Positions 26,110 through 36,713 of a stretch of 64,000 nucleotides of DNA are shown here, piece by piece (the first letter of the stretch is position 1; the number at the start of each line of letters is the position of its first letter). The stretch lies in the NCBI GenBank assembly GCA_051418015.1, contig JBPRGF010000033.1, positions 288,001 to 352,000 of the forward strand, written 5' to 3'. Below the pieces are notes generated by a model. The model was not told the DNA's origin. It made no database searches and saw only the letters and a program-made list of their open reading frames with translations. The DNA comes from Candidatus Nitrospinota bacterium M3_3B_026 (GTDB taxonomy: Bacteria; Nitrospinota_A; UBA7883; JBPRGF01). The position numbers were made by a program, and so were the translations under genes.

Positions 26110-27399
26110 ATGAAAAAGACGGGAGTTTTAGCGGGATTGCTGTTTTTCATAGGGGTTTCCCTGGCCATGGCGCCGCCCGAGGCGTCCGCCGTGCCCGCCT
26201 TCGCGAGGATCTACCAGACCGAATGCACGTTATGCCACGTGGCCTATCCCAAGCTGAACGAGTTCGGGATAAAGTTCCGGGCCAACGGCTACCGGCTGGA
26301 AGGGGAAGAGGGCAAATATCTTTGGGATCAGCCCGTGAGCCTGGGATTCGTGGGCGAGTTCGCCTATACCAACGTTGACCAGGAGGTCGCCGCCGCCGAG
26401 GAGGCGGGCCACGACGAGGCCGGGACCGAGGAGGCCGACCACGACGAGGCGATGCCCGGTATGCTTACAGCCGCCCAGGAGGATGGAGACCACGATGAGG
26501 CGGAGTCCTCGTCCTCCAGCAAGGAGAAACACAAGTCGGCTAAGTTCGATTTCGAGAACCTGCTCATATATTCCGCCGGGACGCTCGCGCCCCGCGCCTC
26601 CTACTTCGCCCACCTGATGGCCACGGGGGAGGCGACGACTCTTTCGCTCGCTCACGTGTCGTTTCTGGACATCCTGCCGAAGGCGGCGCTGAACGTCAGG
26701 GCGGGGAAGATGGCTGTTGACCTGCCCTATCTCTCCAGCTCCCGCAAGATGACGAAGACAGACTACCTGACGCAGATCTCGCAGGCCGCGGGCCACGGCC
26801 ACGGCGGCGCGGCGGCCACGACCGGGGCCACCCTGGTCAACGAGGGAGTCGAACTCAACGGCATATTCGGCCTGGGCGAGGAGGCGGAGCTTGAGTACGC
26901 CCTCGGCGTGGGCAACGACAACGTGGAGTCCTCCGACAACAACGTCGGAGCTTATCACGGGTTCGTCACCCTGAACTGGAGCGGCCAAAGCCTCGGCTTC
27001 ATCTACAAGCACGACAGGCTCGGAGAGACCGACGACGACAAGGAGGACGCCGACGGCTACGGCGTGGCGGCGGACATGAATTTCGCCGACCTTTACCTGA
27101 CCGCCGCCTACTTCTGGTTCAAGAAGACGGTCACCGGAGCCTCGGACGTGAAGATCAACAGCGGCCTGGTGGAGGCGGGCTATCCGGTATTGCCGGAGCT
27201 CTACCTCGTGGGGCGCTATGACTTCAACGACACGCAGGACTCGGACGAGAAGATATCGCAGATAGTGGGGAGCCTGATCTGGTATGCCAGGCCCAACCTC
27301 AAGCTGCAGGCCGAGTACGCAAGCCGTGTCGACACGGACCACGCTGGCGAAGACTACACCACCAACACCATATACGGGGTTGTGGCGTTCGCCTTCTGA
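26110..27399 (+). CDS. Monoheme cytochrome c-porin fusion (Cyc2/ExtI-like outer-membrane beta-barrel)
   Basis: GAGGAG RBS; signal peptide; mature N-terminus VPAFAR...CTLCH...PKL..FG..F..NGY; amphipathic beta strands; C-terminal Phe (VVAFAF). Confidence 0.85.
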   Translation: MKKTGVLAGLLFFIGVSLAMAPPEASAVPAFARIYQTECTLCHVAYPKLNEFGIKFRANGYRLEGEEGKYLWDQPVSLGFVGEFAYTNVDQEVAAAEEAGHDEAGTEEADHDEAMPGMLTAAQEDGDHDEAESSSSSKEKHKSAKFDFENLLIYSAGTLAPRASYFAHLMATGEATTLSLAHVSFLDILPKAALNVRAGKMAVDLPYLSSSRKMTKTDYLTQISQAAGHGHGGAAATTGATLVNEGVELNGIFGLGEEAELEYALGVGNDNVESSDNNVGAYHGFVTLNWSGQSLGFIYKHDRLGETDDDKEDADGYGVAADMNFADLYLTAAYFWFKKTVTGASDVKINSGLVEAGYPVLPELYLVGRYDFNDTQDSDEKISQIVGSLIWYARPNLKLQAEYASRVDTDHAGEDYTTNTIYGVVAFAF

Positions 27400-27416
27400 A
27401 AAAGGGATGACATGGA

Positions 27417-27459
27417 GAGGCCGCCCGGCGCGGATGTCCGGCCGGGCGGTCTTTCGTTT
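27417..27459 (+). terminator. GC-rich hairpin (terminator or mRNA stabiliser) between the porin and PII-like genes
   Basis: GAGGCCGCCCGGC / GCCGGGCGGTCTT 13-bp stem with an interrupted T-tract. Confidence 0.55.
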
Positions 27460-27474
27460 AAGGAGCGTGAAAGG

Positions 27475-27801
27475 ATGAAGTACGGCAAGATCACCGCCAT
27501 CATAAGAAAAGAGACGCTTGAGAACGTGGAGAAAAGGCTCCGGGAGATGGGCGCGCCGGGCGTCAGCGTCACGAAGGTGAAAGGATACGGCGAATACGCC
27601 GACCTTTTCAGGAGCGACTGGCTGACCACCCACGCCAGGCTGGAGATTTTCACCACCTCGGAGAAGGCCGGACCGCTGGCGGAGGCGATCATGGACGCCG
27701 CCTGCGTGGGAACTTGCGGTGACGGGATAGTGGCGATCCTCCCCGTCGAAAGACTGTTCAGGGTCCGCGACCGGCGCGAGGTCCCGCCTGACGAGCTTTA
27801 G
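27475..27801 (+). CDS. PII-family protein, non-canonical (metal-efflux-associated type)
   Basis: KITAIIR, GVSVTKVKGYG, GDG.V..PV...RVR; shortened T-loop without the uridylylated Tyr; ATG at 27475. Confidence 0.88.
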   Translation: MKYGKITAIIRKETLENVEKRLREMGAPGVSVTKVKGYGEYADLFRSDWLTTHARLEIFTTSEKAGPLAEAIMDAACVGTCGDGIVAILPVERLFRVRDRREVPPDEL

Positions 27802-27942
27802 CCATGATCCCCTCCCCGGCGTAACAAGCCCGAGTTCCCCACAAAACCACCTTGAAAACGGCGGCGATGGAACTTTTTTCCCGCCAATCGTGTTTAAATT
27901 ACAGAGATGAAAGACAGAAAAAGAACGCTGTCGAAAGATGGC

Positions 27943-29208
27943 ATGAAATACATGACGCCGCTGGCCGCGGCTTTTCTTTTAGCCGTCCAGTCTTTCGCCG
28001 GGACGGCTCCCTCGTGGGAGGCGCTGACGGAGGAGCTCATGGAGAACCATCCCGGTCTCGAGGCGAAGCGTCTGCTCGTTGAGTCCCTTGAAGAGATTCC
28101 CGAGGCGCGGATGGCGTGGGACGATCCGATGATCAGCGCGGGCCTGTCCAACGTCCCCGTGGACAGCTTCGACTTTTCCCGTGAGCCGATGACCCAGAAG
28201 ACGGTGGGGGTGTCGCAGAGGATACCGAGCCTCTCGAAAAGACTGGCCGAGAAGGGGCTCGCCGAGGAGAACGTCCGGGTGGAAAAGGCGCGGACGCGGC
28301 TTCTGGCCGCCTCGCTCGTGGAGATGATGAAAAACGCCGTCTACGAGATCGCCTACGCGGACAGGGCGCTGCGCATCCTCGCGAGGAACGAGAGGGTCCT
28401 CGACGAGTTCATCACCATATCCAACGCCAAGTACGCCACCGGCAAGGGAGTGCAGGCCGACGTCATCCAGGCCCAGGTGGAGAAAAGCAAGATATTCGAC
28501 AGGAGGCTCGATCTCGAGGAGAGGCGGAAGCTGGCGGTGATACGGCTCAACAGGACTCTGGGAAGGGACGTCGAGGCTCCTTTCGAGATCGGCGGCCTTC
28601 CCCTGGATCAAGAGGTCGCCGGGGATTTCGCGGGGCTTTGGGAGAAGGCGGAGCGTAAATCGCCGGAAATGACGCTGGCCAGGGCGTTTCTTGAGCTTTC
28701 GGAAAGCGGGCTTGAGAAGGCCGAGGCGTCCGTGGGGATGGACGTTGTCCTGTCCATGAGGTACGGCCAGAGGGACGATGCGCCCTCGGAGCGGGCGGAT
28801 TTTCTCTCCGCGGGGGCCGCCGTCTCCATCCCGCTTTGGCGGGAAAGGAAACAGGACAGGCTTATCGCCAGCGCCCGGCTGAAGGTGTCGGAGGCGGCGG
28901 TGGAGGTGGAGAACGCCGCGCAGGAGACGAGGGCCGCCCTTGGCCAGGCGCTGGCCAGCTACCAAAAGGATGTGGAGACAATACGCCTCTACGAGAATGG
29001 AATCATCCCCCAGGCCAGGCAGGCCCTCCTGGCCTCCCAGGCGGCTTACCAACTGGACAAGGCGGACTTTTTGTCCATGCTTACCAACGAGCTTACTCTT
29101 CTGCGATACGAACTGGACCTCGAGATGGCCCTTTTGAGAAAGAGAAAACTCTCCGCCAGGATCGGGCGCCTGGCGGGCACGGGTGTTTATCTGAAGGAAC
29201 GACAATGA
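27943..29208 (+). CDS. TolC-family outer-membrane efflux protein (CusC-like)
   Basis: Signal peptide from MKYMTP; DDPMIS, SQRIP, KYATGKG.QADV, SIPLW, AYQ...ADF; upstream of MFP and RND genes. Confidence 0.88.
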   Translation: MKYMTPLAAAFLLAVQSFAGTAPSWEALTEELMENHPGLEAKRLLVESLEEIPEARMAWDDPMISAGLSNVPVDSFDFSREPMTQKTVGVSQRIPSLSKRLAEKGLAEENVRVEKARTRLLAASLVEMMKNAVYEIAYADRALRILARNERVLDEFITISNAKYATGKGVQADVIQAQVEKSKIFDRRLDLEERRKLAVIRLNRTLGRDVEAPFEIGGLPLDQEVAGDFAGLWEKAERKSPEMTLARAFLELSESGLEKAEASVGMDVVLSMRYGQRDDAPSERADFLSAGAAVSIPLWRERKQDRLIASARLKVSEAAVEVENAAQETRAALGQALASYQKDVETIRLYENGIIPQARQALLASQAAYQLDKADFLSMLTNELTLLRYELDLEMALLRKRKLSARIGRLAGTGVYLKERQ

Positions 29209-30677
29209 CGGAACTGGAAAAAGAGGCGGAGAGGCAGCGGCCCGGCTGGGTCTACGCTTTAAAATTCGCCTGGACGCTGATACTGGCTCTCCTTGTGGTT
29301 TATGGCTATTTCAACAGGGAGGCTGTCCTGGAGTGGTTTAAAGACCCCGCGTTCAGCCTGCCGGGAAGAGAGAAAGTGGAGAAGGCCGCCCCAGCGCCGG
29401 CGGCGGAAAAGGGGCGGAAGATAAAGTACTGGCGGGCTCCGATGGACCCGAGCTACATAAGCGACGAGCCCGGCAAGTCTCCCATGGGGATGGATCTCAT
29501 CCCTGTATACGAGGACGAAGGGGAGGACGCGGACGTCATAAGGATAAACCCCGCCGTCGTCCAGAACATCGGCGTCAGGACGGCTTCGGCGCGGCGGATG
29601 GACATGGTGAAGACCATCCGCGCCATAGGCGTTATCGCCTATGACGAGACGAAGCTCAATCAGGTTCACAGCAAGGTCCCCGGCTGGGTCGAAAAACTTT
29701 ACGTGGACGCTACCGGCATGGAGCTGAAAAAGGACGAATATCTTTTGGAAATATACAGCCCCGACCTCGTCGCCACGCAGGAGGAGTACCTGCTGGCGTT
29801 GAACTACAGGGACTCCCTGCGCGAAGGCGGGCACGAGGCCGCCGCCGGAAGCGGCGAGAGGCTGCTGGAGTCCGCGAGGCGCAGGCTGGAGCTTTTCGAC
29901 GTACCGCAGCACCAGATCATGGAGCTTGAAGAGAGCCGGGAGGTAAAAAAGACCCTGCACATCCACTCCCCGGCGGACGGGGTGGTCGTCAGCAAGAAGG
30001 TGATAGAAGGCATGTACGTAAAGCCCGGCGACACGCTCTATGAGCTTGCCGATCTCTCCACGGTCTGGGTCTACGTGGACGTTTACGAGTACGAGATTCC
30101 CTACGTGAAGGAGGGCCAGAGCGCTGAGATGACCCTGACAGCCTTCCCCGGCCGGGTGTTCAAGGGCAAGATCACCTATATATATCCATTCCTGGACAAG
30201 CGCACCCGTTCCATCAAGGCGCGGCTCGAATTCAGGAACCCCGGGACCCATCTCAAGCCGGACATGTACGGTGACGTGACGATCCACGCCGAGGGGAGGA
30301 AAAACGCCGTGGCCGTCCCCAGCGAGGCGGTGATAAGGACGGGGGAGCGGACGCTTGTCTTCATCGACAGGGGCGAAGGGATGTTCGAGCCGAGGGAAGT
30401 GAACATGGGGATGGAGAGCGAGGGGATGGTGGCGATCCTGGACGGCGTCAAGCCTGGCGAGATGGTCGTCACGTCAGCCCAGTTCCTGCTCGACTCGGAA
30501 TCGCGCCTCCGGGAGGCCACGAGGAAGATGATTCCGGCAGGGGAGGAAATGAAGACCCCGGAGGAGGCCATGCCCATGGATCACGGCGCGATGGAGAGTG
30601 GGAAGATGAGTCAACCCGGGATGGATCACGGCTCCATGAACCATGAAGGCATGGACCGTTCGAAGATGAATCACTGA
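29205..30677 (+). CDS. cusB: Heavy-metal RND periplasmic adaptor (CusB/SilB-like) with Met/His-rich tail
   Basis: ATG overlaps the TolC stop (ATGA); YWRAPMDP...PGKSPMGMDLIP, GWVEKL, YSPDLVATQEEYL, LKPDMY, QFLLDSES; tail of MDHG repeats. Confidence 0.9.
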   Translation: MTELEKEAERQRPGWVYALKFAWTLILALLVVYGYFNREAVLEWFKDPAFSLPGREKVEKAAPAPAAEKGRKIKYWRAPMDPSYISDEPGKSPMGMDLIPVYEDEGEDADVIRINPAVVQNIGVRTASARRMDMVKTIRAIGVIAYDETKLNQVHSKVPGWVEKLYVDATGMELKKDEYLLEIYSPDLVATQEEYLLALNYRDSLREGGHEAAAGSGERLLESARRRLELFDVPQHQIMELEESREVKKTLHIHSPADGVVVSKKVIEGMYVKPGDTLYELADLSTVWVYVDVYEYEIPYVKEGQSAEMTLTAFPGRVFKGKITYIYPFLDKRTRSIKARLEFRNPGTHLKPDMYGDVTIHAEGRKNAVAVPSEAVIRTGERTLVFIDRGEGMFEPREVNMGMESEGMVAILDGVKPGEMVVTSAQFLLDSESRLREATRKMIPAGEEMKTPEEAMPMDHGAMESGKMSQPGMDHGSMNHEGMDRSKMNH

Positions 30678-30701
30678 GCGAAAGCGCCCCTCGGATACGC
30701 C

Positions 30702-33700
30702 ATGCTGAAAGCGATAATAGAAGCCTCCGCCCGCAACAGGGTTCTCGTCCTGCTCGCGGCTGCCTTTCTCACCTTGGGAGGGATCTACGCGGCCAGGAGC
30801 ATCCCCCTGGACGCTATCCCGGACCTCTCTGACGTCCAGGTGATAGTCTTCACGGAGTTTCCCGGCCAGGCGCCGCAGGTGGTGGAGGATCAGGTGACCT
30901 ATCCCCTCACCACGGCCATGCTCTCCGTCCCCGGCGCGAAAACGGTGAGGGGGTACTCCTTTTTCGGTCTGAGCTTCGTATACATAATCTTCGAAGACGG
31001 CACGGATCTATATTGGGCAAGAAGCCGCGTCCTGGAATACCTGAATTACGCCGCAAAACGCCTGCCGCCGGGCGTCACCCCCTCCCTCGGCCCCGACGCG
31101 ACGGGCGTGGGATGGGTGTACGAGTACGCCTTGGTGGACAGGACGGGCGCCCATGACCTGGCCGAGCTGCGGAGCATACAGGACTGGTTCCTGCGCTACG
31201 AGCTGCAGACCACGCCCGGCGTGGCGGAGGTGGCCTCCGTGGGCGGGTTCGTCAAGCAGTACCAGGTGGAGGTGGACCCCAACAAGCTGCTGGCCTTCAA
31301 CATCCCCCTGAGCCACGTCATCATGGCCATGCGCTCAAGCAACAACGACGTCGGGGGGCGTCTGATCGAGATGGCGGAAACGGAGTACATGGTCCGCGGC
31401 TTCGGCTACATCGAATCGCTGGAGGACATAAGGAACATAGCCCTAGGCGTGGACGAAAACGGCACGCCCGTCACCATCCGGGACGTCGCCAACGTTACCC
31501 TCGGCCCGGAGCTTCGGCGGGGCCTGGCGGAGCTGGACGGCGAGGGGGAGGTGGTTGGAGGCATCGTGGTGATGCGCTATGGCGAAAACGCCCTCAAGAC
31601 CATCGAGCTTGTGAAAAAGAAGTTGGAGGCCCTCTCAAAAAGCCTTCCCGAAGGCGTGGAGATAGTTGAGACCTACGACCGGTCGAGCCTCATTCACAGG
31701 GCCATCGATTTCCTGAAGGAGAAGCTTATCGAGGAGAGCGTTATCGTGGCGCTTGTGTGCATAGTGTTCCTGATGCATCTGCGCTCGGCCCTCGTGGCCA
31801 TCGTGACGCTGCCTATCGGGATACTCGCCTCCATGATCGTGATGAGCTGGCTAGGGATAAACGCGAACATCATGTCCCTCGGCGGCATCGCCATCGCCAT
31901 AGGCGCCATGATCGACGCGGCGGTGGTGATGATAGAAAACGCCCACAAGCATCTCGAGCGCGATGCGGGCAAAAAATCCCATGGCGCCATGATCCTGGAC
32001 TCGGCTTCCGAGGTGGGCCCGGCGCTTTTCTTCTGCCTGCTCATAATAACCCTGTCTTTCGTCCCCGTTTTCGCCCTGGAGGCGCAGGAGGGCAGGCTCT
32101 TCAAGCCCCTGGCCTTCACAAAAACCTTCGCCATGGCCGCCGCGGCGTTCCTCTCTATCACGCTGGTACCCGTCCTGATGCTTTACTTCGTCCGGGGGAA
32201 AATAACCCCGGAAGGGAAAAACCCGGTCAACCTGCTGATCCAGGCGATTGCCCGTCCGCTGGTCTCCCTCGCGTTGCGGTTCAAGGTGGCGACCCTGGTG
32301 CTCGTGGCCGTGGCGTGTCTTTTCACCCTTGGCCCCATATCGAGGATCGGCGGTGAGTTCATGCCGCCGATGGACGAGGGCGACATACTCTACATGCCCA
32401 CGACGCTGCCGGGGATATCCATAACCAAAGCAAAGGAGATACTCCAGCAGACGGACAAGATCTTGACGAAGTTCCCCGAGGTGGAGCGAGTCTTCGGCAA
32501 GATCGGCCGGGCCGAGACCGCCACGGACCCCGCCCCCCTGAGCATGATCGAGACGATCGTCAAGCTCAAGCCGCGGGAGAAGTGGCGGCCGGGGGTGACC
32601 ATGGAGTCGCTGATGAACGAGATGGACGCGGCCATAAAGTTTCCCGGCCTGACCAACGCCTGGACCATGCCGATAAAGACCAGGATCGACATGCTCTCCA
32701 CCGGGATCAAGACCCCCGTCGGGGTGAAGGTGGCCGGCCCCGACCTCAACGTCATAAACGACGTGGCCAGCGAGATAGAAGCCGCGTTGCGCGTCCTGCC
32801 GGGCACGCGCAGCGTCTACGCGGAAAGGGTGGTGGGGGGCAATTTCCTGGACTTCGAGATCGACCGCCGCAAGGCCGCCCGCTACGGCCTCAACACGGGA
32901 GACGTCCAGGACATCATTAAAAGCGCCATCGGCGGCATGAACGTGACCCATACCGTGGAGGGGCTGGAGCGCTACCCAGTGAACGTGCGCTACGGCCGGG
33001 AGCTGCGCGACAACATCGAGAAGCTCAAAAGGGTGCTCATCCCCACGCCCACGGGCCAGCAGATACCCATAAGCCAGGTGGCGGATATAAAAATCAGGAA
33101 AGGCGCCGCCGTCATCAAGACCGAGAATTCCAGGCCGAACGGCTGGATCTATGTTGACATACAGGACATAGACGTCTCAACGTATGTAAAGAACGCAAAG
33201 GAGACGGTCCGCAACTCGGTGGATATACCCCCAGGCTACTCCGTCGCATGGAGCGGGCAGTACGAGTATATGCAAAGGGCTAAAAAGAGGCTGGCGCTGG
33301 TGGTTCCCGTGACGCTGGGGGTCATCTTCGTCCTGCTGTTCATGAACTTCAAGAACGCCACCGAGAGCCTGCTGGTCATGCTTACCGTCCCCCTCTCCGC
33401 CGTGGGGGGGCTGTTTTTGATCGACTGGCTGGGCTACAACATGAGCGTGGCCGTGGGGATAGGCTTCATAGCCCTTGCCGGGGTGGCCGCGGAGATCGGC
33501 GTTCTCATCCTGCTTTACATAGACCACGCCGTGGAGAAGCGAAAAAACGAAGGACGGTGGGAAACCGTGGCGGACGTTCGCGCCGCTGTCCTCGAGGGCG
33601 TGTCGGAGCGGGCCAGGCCGATCATGATGACCGTCTTCGCCATAGTCGGCGGCCTCGCCCCGATCATGTACGGCGAGGGTACCGGCGCGGACGTCATGAA

Positions 33701-33878
33701 ACGCATCGCCGCGCCGATGGTCGGGGGAATGGTGAGCGTGACCATCTTTTCCATGGTCGCCCTGCCCGCGCTCTACTGCCTGATACTTGAGACCCGGACG
33801 CGCTGGGAAATTTTCAACAACGAACGCCGCGCGGAGGCCGAGACGGCCGGAGCGGGGGAGGGCGGTCTTGGAAAATAG
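30702..33878 (+). CDS. cusA: CusA/SilA Cu(I)/Ag(I) RND efflux permease
   Basis: [35 protein letters not shown]; Met-triad contexts ILYMP, PLSMIET and RIDMLSTG. Confidence 0.96.
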   Translation: MLKAIIEASARNRVLVLLAAAFLTLGGIYAARSIPLDAIPDLSDVQVIVFTEFPGQAPQVVEDQVTYPLTTAMLSVPGAKTVRGYSFFGLSFVYIIFEDGTDLYWARSRVLEYLNYAAKRLPPGVTPSLGPDATGVGWVYEYALVDRTGAHDLAELRSIQDWFLRYELQTTPGVAEVASVGGFVKQYQVEVDPNKLLAFNIPLSHVIMAMRSSNNDVGGRLIEMAETEYMVRGFGYIESLEDIRNIALGVDENGTPVTIRDVANVTLGPELRRGLAELDGEGEVVGGIVVMRYGENALKTIELVKKKLEALSKSLPEGVEIVETYDRSSLIHRAIDFLKEKLIEESVIVALVCIVFLMHLRSALVAIVTLPIGILASMIVMSWLGINANIMSLGGIAIAIGAMIDAAVVMIENAHKHLERDAGKKSHGAMILDSASEVGPALFFCLLIITLSFVPVFALEAQEGRLFKPLAFTKTFAMAAAAFLSITLVPVLMLYFVRGKITPEGKNPVNLLIQAIARPLVSLALRFKVATLVLVAVACLFTLGPISRIGGEFMPPMDEGDILYMPTTLPGISITKAKEILQQTDKILTKFPEVERVFGKIGRAETATDPAPLSMIETIVKLKPREKWRPGVTMESLMNEMDAAIKFPGLTNAWTMPIKTRIDMLSTGIKTPVGVKVAGPDLNVINDVASEIEAALRVLPGTRSVYAERVVGGNFLDFEIDRRKAARYGLNTGDVQDIIKSAIGGMNVTHTVEGLERYPVNVRYGRELRDNIEKLKRVLIPTPTGQQIPISQVADIKIRKGAAVIKTENSRPNGWIYVDIQDIDVSTYVKNAKETVRNSVDIPPGYSVAWSGQYEYMQRAKKRLALVVPVTLGVIFVLLFMNFKNATESLLVMLTVPLSAVGGLFLIDWLGYNMSVAVGIGFIALAGVAAEIGVLILLYIDHAVEKRKNEGRWETVADVRAAVLEGVSERARPIMMTVFAIVGGLAPIMYGEGTGADVMKRIAAPMVGGMVSVTIFSMVALPALYCLILETRTRWEIFNNERRAEAETAGAGEGGLGK

Positions 33879-36198
33879 CGAACACCAGACAGACGAGGAC
33901 AGAAAATTCACAGACCCTGTTTGCGGGATGACCGTCTCCGCGAAAGAGAGCGCGGGCGAGGTCGAACATGGCGGCGTCACGTACCATTTCTGCAGCCGCG
34001 CCTGCCTCGACAAGTTTTCGGCAAACCCGAAAAGATTCCTGGGGAAGGAGGAGGCCGCCGAGGAGCCGCCGCCGGACGGAGCTGTCGAGTACACCTGCCC
34101 CATGCACCCGGAGGTCAGGTCGGACAAGCCCGGCTCATGCCCCAAGTGCGGCATGGCGCTCGAGCCCGTCGAGGTCTCGGTGGAGGAGGAGGAAAACCCC
34201 GAGCTTGTGGACATGACCCGCAGGTTCTGGGTGAGTCTTGTCCTCAGCGCCCCGCTCGTCGTGATCGCCATGTCGGAGATGATCCCCGGCGAGCCGGTGA
34301 AAAAGCTTCTCGAGGGCTTCCCCGTCGCTTGGATACAGCTGCTCCTCGCCACGCCGGTGGTGTTGTGGGGCGGCAAGCCATTTTTCGAGCGGGGATACCT
34401 TTCACTGGTCCACCGCTCCCTGAACATGTTCACCCTGATTGCCATGGGCGTTGGGGTGGCGTATTCCTACAGCCTCGTCGCGGCGTTGTTTCCTGATATC
34501 TTCCCGCCCTCCTTCCGGGACGAGAGCGGCGCCGTTGGAGTCTACTTCGAGGCGGCGGCGGTGATAACGACCCTCGTGCTGCTGGGGCAGGTCCTTGAGC
34601 TGAAAGCGCGGAGCAGGACCAGCGGCGCCATAAAAGCCCTCCTCGGGATGGCGCCGAAGACGGCCCGGATCGTCCGGGAGGACGGCTCCGAGGAGGACGT
34701 TCCCATAGAGACGATAAAGATCGGCGACAAGATCCGCGTCCGGCCCGGCGAGAAGGTCCCCGTGGACGGCGTTGTCGTCGATGGGGCCAGCTCCGTGGAC
34801 GAGTCGATGATAACAGGCGAGCCCATTCCCGTGGAGAAAACGAAAGGGAACCAGGTCACCGGAGCCACGGTCAACGGCGGCGGGAGCTTCATCATGCGCG
34901 CCGAGAGGGTGGGGGGCGAGACGCTGCTCGCCCAGATCGTGAAGATGGTCAGCGAGGCGCAGAGAAGCCGCGCCCCCATCCAGAGGCTGGCCGACACGGT
35001 GTCGGCCTACTTCATCCCGGCGGTGATTGGGACGGCGGCGGTGACGTTCGTTGTGTGGGGCCTCGTGGGGCCGGAGCCGAGGATGGCCCACGCGCTGGTC
35101 AACGCCGTGGCTGTGCTCATCATCGCGTGCCCCTGCGCCCTTGGGCTGGCTACCCCCATGTCGATCATGGTCGGCGTGGGACGGGGGGCCACGGAGGGGG
35201 TGCTCATAAAAAACGCCGAGGCGCTGGAGACGATGGAGAAGGTCGATACATTGGTGGTGGACAAGACGGGGACCCTCACCGAGGGCAGGCCGCGCCTCAA
35301 GACGGCTCTGGCCGCGCCGGGCTGGGAAGAGAAAGATATCCTGAGCTTGGCGGCGAGTCTGGAGAGAGGCAGCGAGCATCCCCTCGCCGAGGCGATCGTG
35401 GAGGGGGCTAAGGAGAGGGGCGCGCCGCTTTCGGACGTGAAGGATTTCGCCTCCCTCACCGGCAAGGGTGTCCGCGGGGCCGTGGACGGCCGCTCCGTGG
35501 CGCTGGGGAACGACAGGATGCTGGAGGAGCTCGGGGTCCGTCCGGGGGATTTGTTGAAAGAGGCTGGCAGGCTCCGGGAGGACGGGCAGACTGTCGTCTA
35601 CCTCGTCGTGGACGGACAGGCGACCGGGTTGCTGGGCGTTGCCGACCCGGTCAAGGAGACGACGGTGGAAGCGATACGGCAGATTCAGGGCGAGAAGATC
35701 AGGATAGTCGTTCTCACCGGCGACAACGAGACGACCGCCCACGCCGTGGCCCGCCGTCTTGGCCTTTCCGAGGTCATAGCCGGTGTCCTGCCCGATCAGA
35801 AGGCGGACCACGTGGCGCGGCTGAAGGACGAGGGGCGAATCGTGGCGATGGCGGGCGACGGCGTGAACGACGCTCCGGCGCTTGCCGCCGCCCATGTCGG
35901 GGTCGCCATGGGCGCGGGGGCGGACGTGGCCATGGAGAGCGCCGGGATAACGCTGGTGAAAGGCGACCTGCGGGGCATAGCGAAGGCCGTGGCGTTGAGC
36001 CGCGCCACGATGCGCAACATCCGGCAGAACCTTTTTTTCGCTTTCATATACAACTCGCTCGGTGTGCCCGTGGCGGCGGGCGTCCTGTATCCGTTCTTCG
36101 GGCTGCTGCTCAGCCCCGTGATAGCCAGCGCCGCCATGAGCTTCAGCTCCGTGTCGGTGATAGGAAACGCGCTCAGGCTGCGCGGCGCGCGGCTTTGA
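33868..36198 (+). CDS. copA: Cu(I)-translocating P1B-1 ATPase with YHS and CPMH metal-binding domains
   Basis: DPVCGM...FCS..C; YTCPMHP...[36 protein letters not shown]; probable TTG start at 33868. Confidence 0.95.
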   Translation: MENSEHQTDEDRKFTDPVCGMTVSAKESAGEVEHGGVTYHFCSRACLDKFSANPKRFLGKEEAAEEPPPDGAVEYTCPMHPEVRSDKPGSCPKCGMALEPVEVSVEEEENPELVDMTRRFWVSLVLSAPLVVIAMSEMIPGEPVKKLLEGFPVAWIQLLLATPVVLWGGKPFFERGYLSLVHRSLNMFTLIAMGVGVAYSYSLVAALFPDIFPPSFRDESGAVGVYFEAAAVITTLVLLGQVLELKARSRTSGAIKALLGMAPKTARIVREDGSEEDVPIETIKIGDKIRVRPGEKVPVDGVVVDGASSVDESMITGEPIPVEKTKGNQVTGATVNGGGSFIMRAERVGGETLLAQIVKMVSEAQRSRAPIQRLADTVSAYFIPAVIGTAAVTFVVWGLVGPEPRMAHALVNAVAVLIIACPCALGLATPMSIMVGVGRGATEGVLIKNAEALETMEKVDTLVVDKTGTLTEGRPRLKTALAAPGWEEKDILSLAASLERGSEHPLAEAIVEGAKERGAPLSDVKDFASLTGKGVRGAVDGRSVALGNDRMLEELGVRPGDLLKEAGRLREDGQTVVYLVVDGQATGLLGVADPVKETTVEAIRQIQGEKIRIVVLTGDNETTAHAVARRLGLSEVIAGVLPDQKADHVARLKDEGRIVAMAGDGVNDAPALAAAHVGVAMGAGADVAMESAGITLVKGDLRGIAKAVALSRATMRNIRQNLFFAFIYNSLGVPVAAGVLYPFFGLLLSPVIASAAMSFSSVSVIGNALRLRGARL

Positions 36199-36234
36199 CG
36201 CTGATGGACGTTAACAAAAAGAGGAGGTTTGAAG

Positions 36235-36393
36235 ATGGCTAAGGATCCGGTTTGTGGAATGAACGTGGAAGAGGCCGAGGCCAAAGGGAAAAGCGAGCAC
36301 GAAGGGAAGACCTATCACTTCTGCTCGTCTGTGTGCAAGGAGAGGTTCGACAAGGAGCCTGAAAGGTACGCCGGGAAAGGAGGCGAAAAATGA
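36235..36393 (+). CDS. Small YHS-domain protein (52 aa)
   Basis: Not in the ORF track. GAGGAGG RBS; MAKDPVCGMNVEEAEAKGKSEHEGKTYHFCSSVCKERFDKEPERYAGKGGEK; stop overlaps the next ATG. Confidence 0.9.
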   Translation: MAKDPVCGMNVEEAEAKGKSEHEGKTYHFCSSVCKERFDKEPERYAGKGGEK

Positions 36394-36713
36394 ACACCAG
36401 GATCTTTGTGGCGGCCGCGCTGGCGCTGGCCCTTTTCGCCTCCCCCGCCGCCTCATCCCAGAAGATGGGCGGAGGGATGAAAGGCGGCGCCGGGATGGGA
36501 ATGGGCATGGAGATGGGGATGGGCCAGCATGAGGAGATGGGGGAGATGATGCGCCAGATGCGCCAGATGATGGACGAGATGGGCGGGATGACCAAGGACA
36601 AGGAGTCGCGCCGGAAACTGGGGGAGATGAAGGAGCTCATGGAAGAGATGATGGAAAGGCATGACTCCATGATGGAACAGCGCCGCGAGATGATGAAGGA
36701 GCGCATGAAGTAA
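36390..36713 (+). CDS. Secreted methionine-rich helical protein
   Basis: Signal peptide; 25 Met in 107 aa; GGAGG RBS; translationally coupled to the YHS gene. Confidence 0.85.
   Translation: MNTRIFVAAALALALFASPAASSQKMGGGMKGGAGMGMGMEMGMGQHEEMGEMMRQMRQMMDEMGGMTKDKESRRKLGEMKELMEEMMERHDSMMEQRREMMKERMK

Noticed and set aside
28836..29204. N-terminal extension of the CusB ORF in the track
   Set aside because: It overlaps the TolC gene in another frame; the ATGA-coupled start at 29205 fits better. The same applies to the extended starts of addA, copA, gltX and the 57869 ORF.
36465..36710. Repetitive GAGATG/GGGATG DNA as a possible tandem array or CRISPR
   Set aside because: Explained by Met/Gly/Glu codons of the Met-rich protein; no constant repeat with unique spacers and no cas genes.
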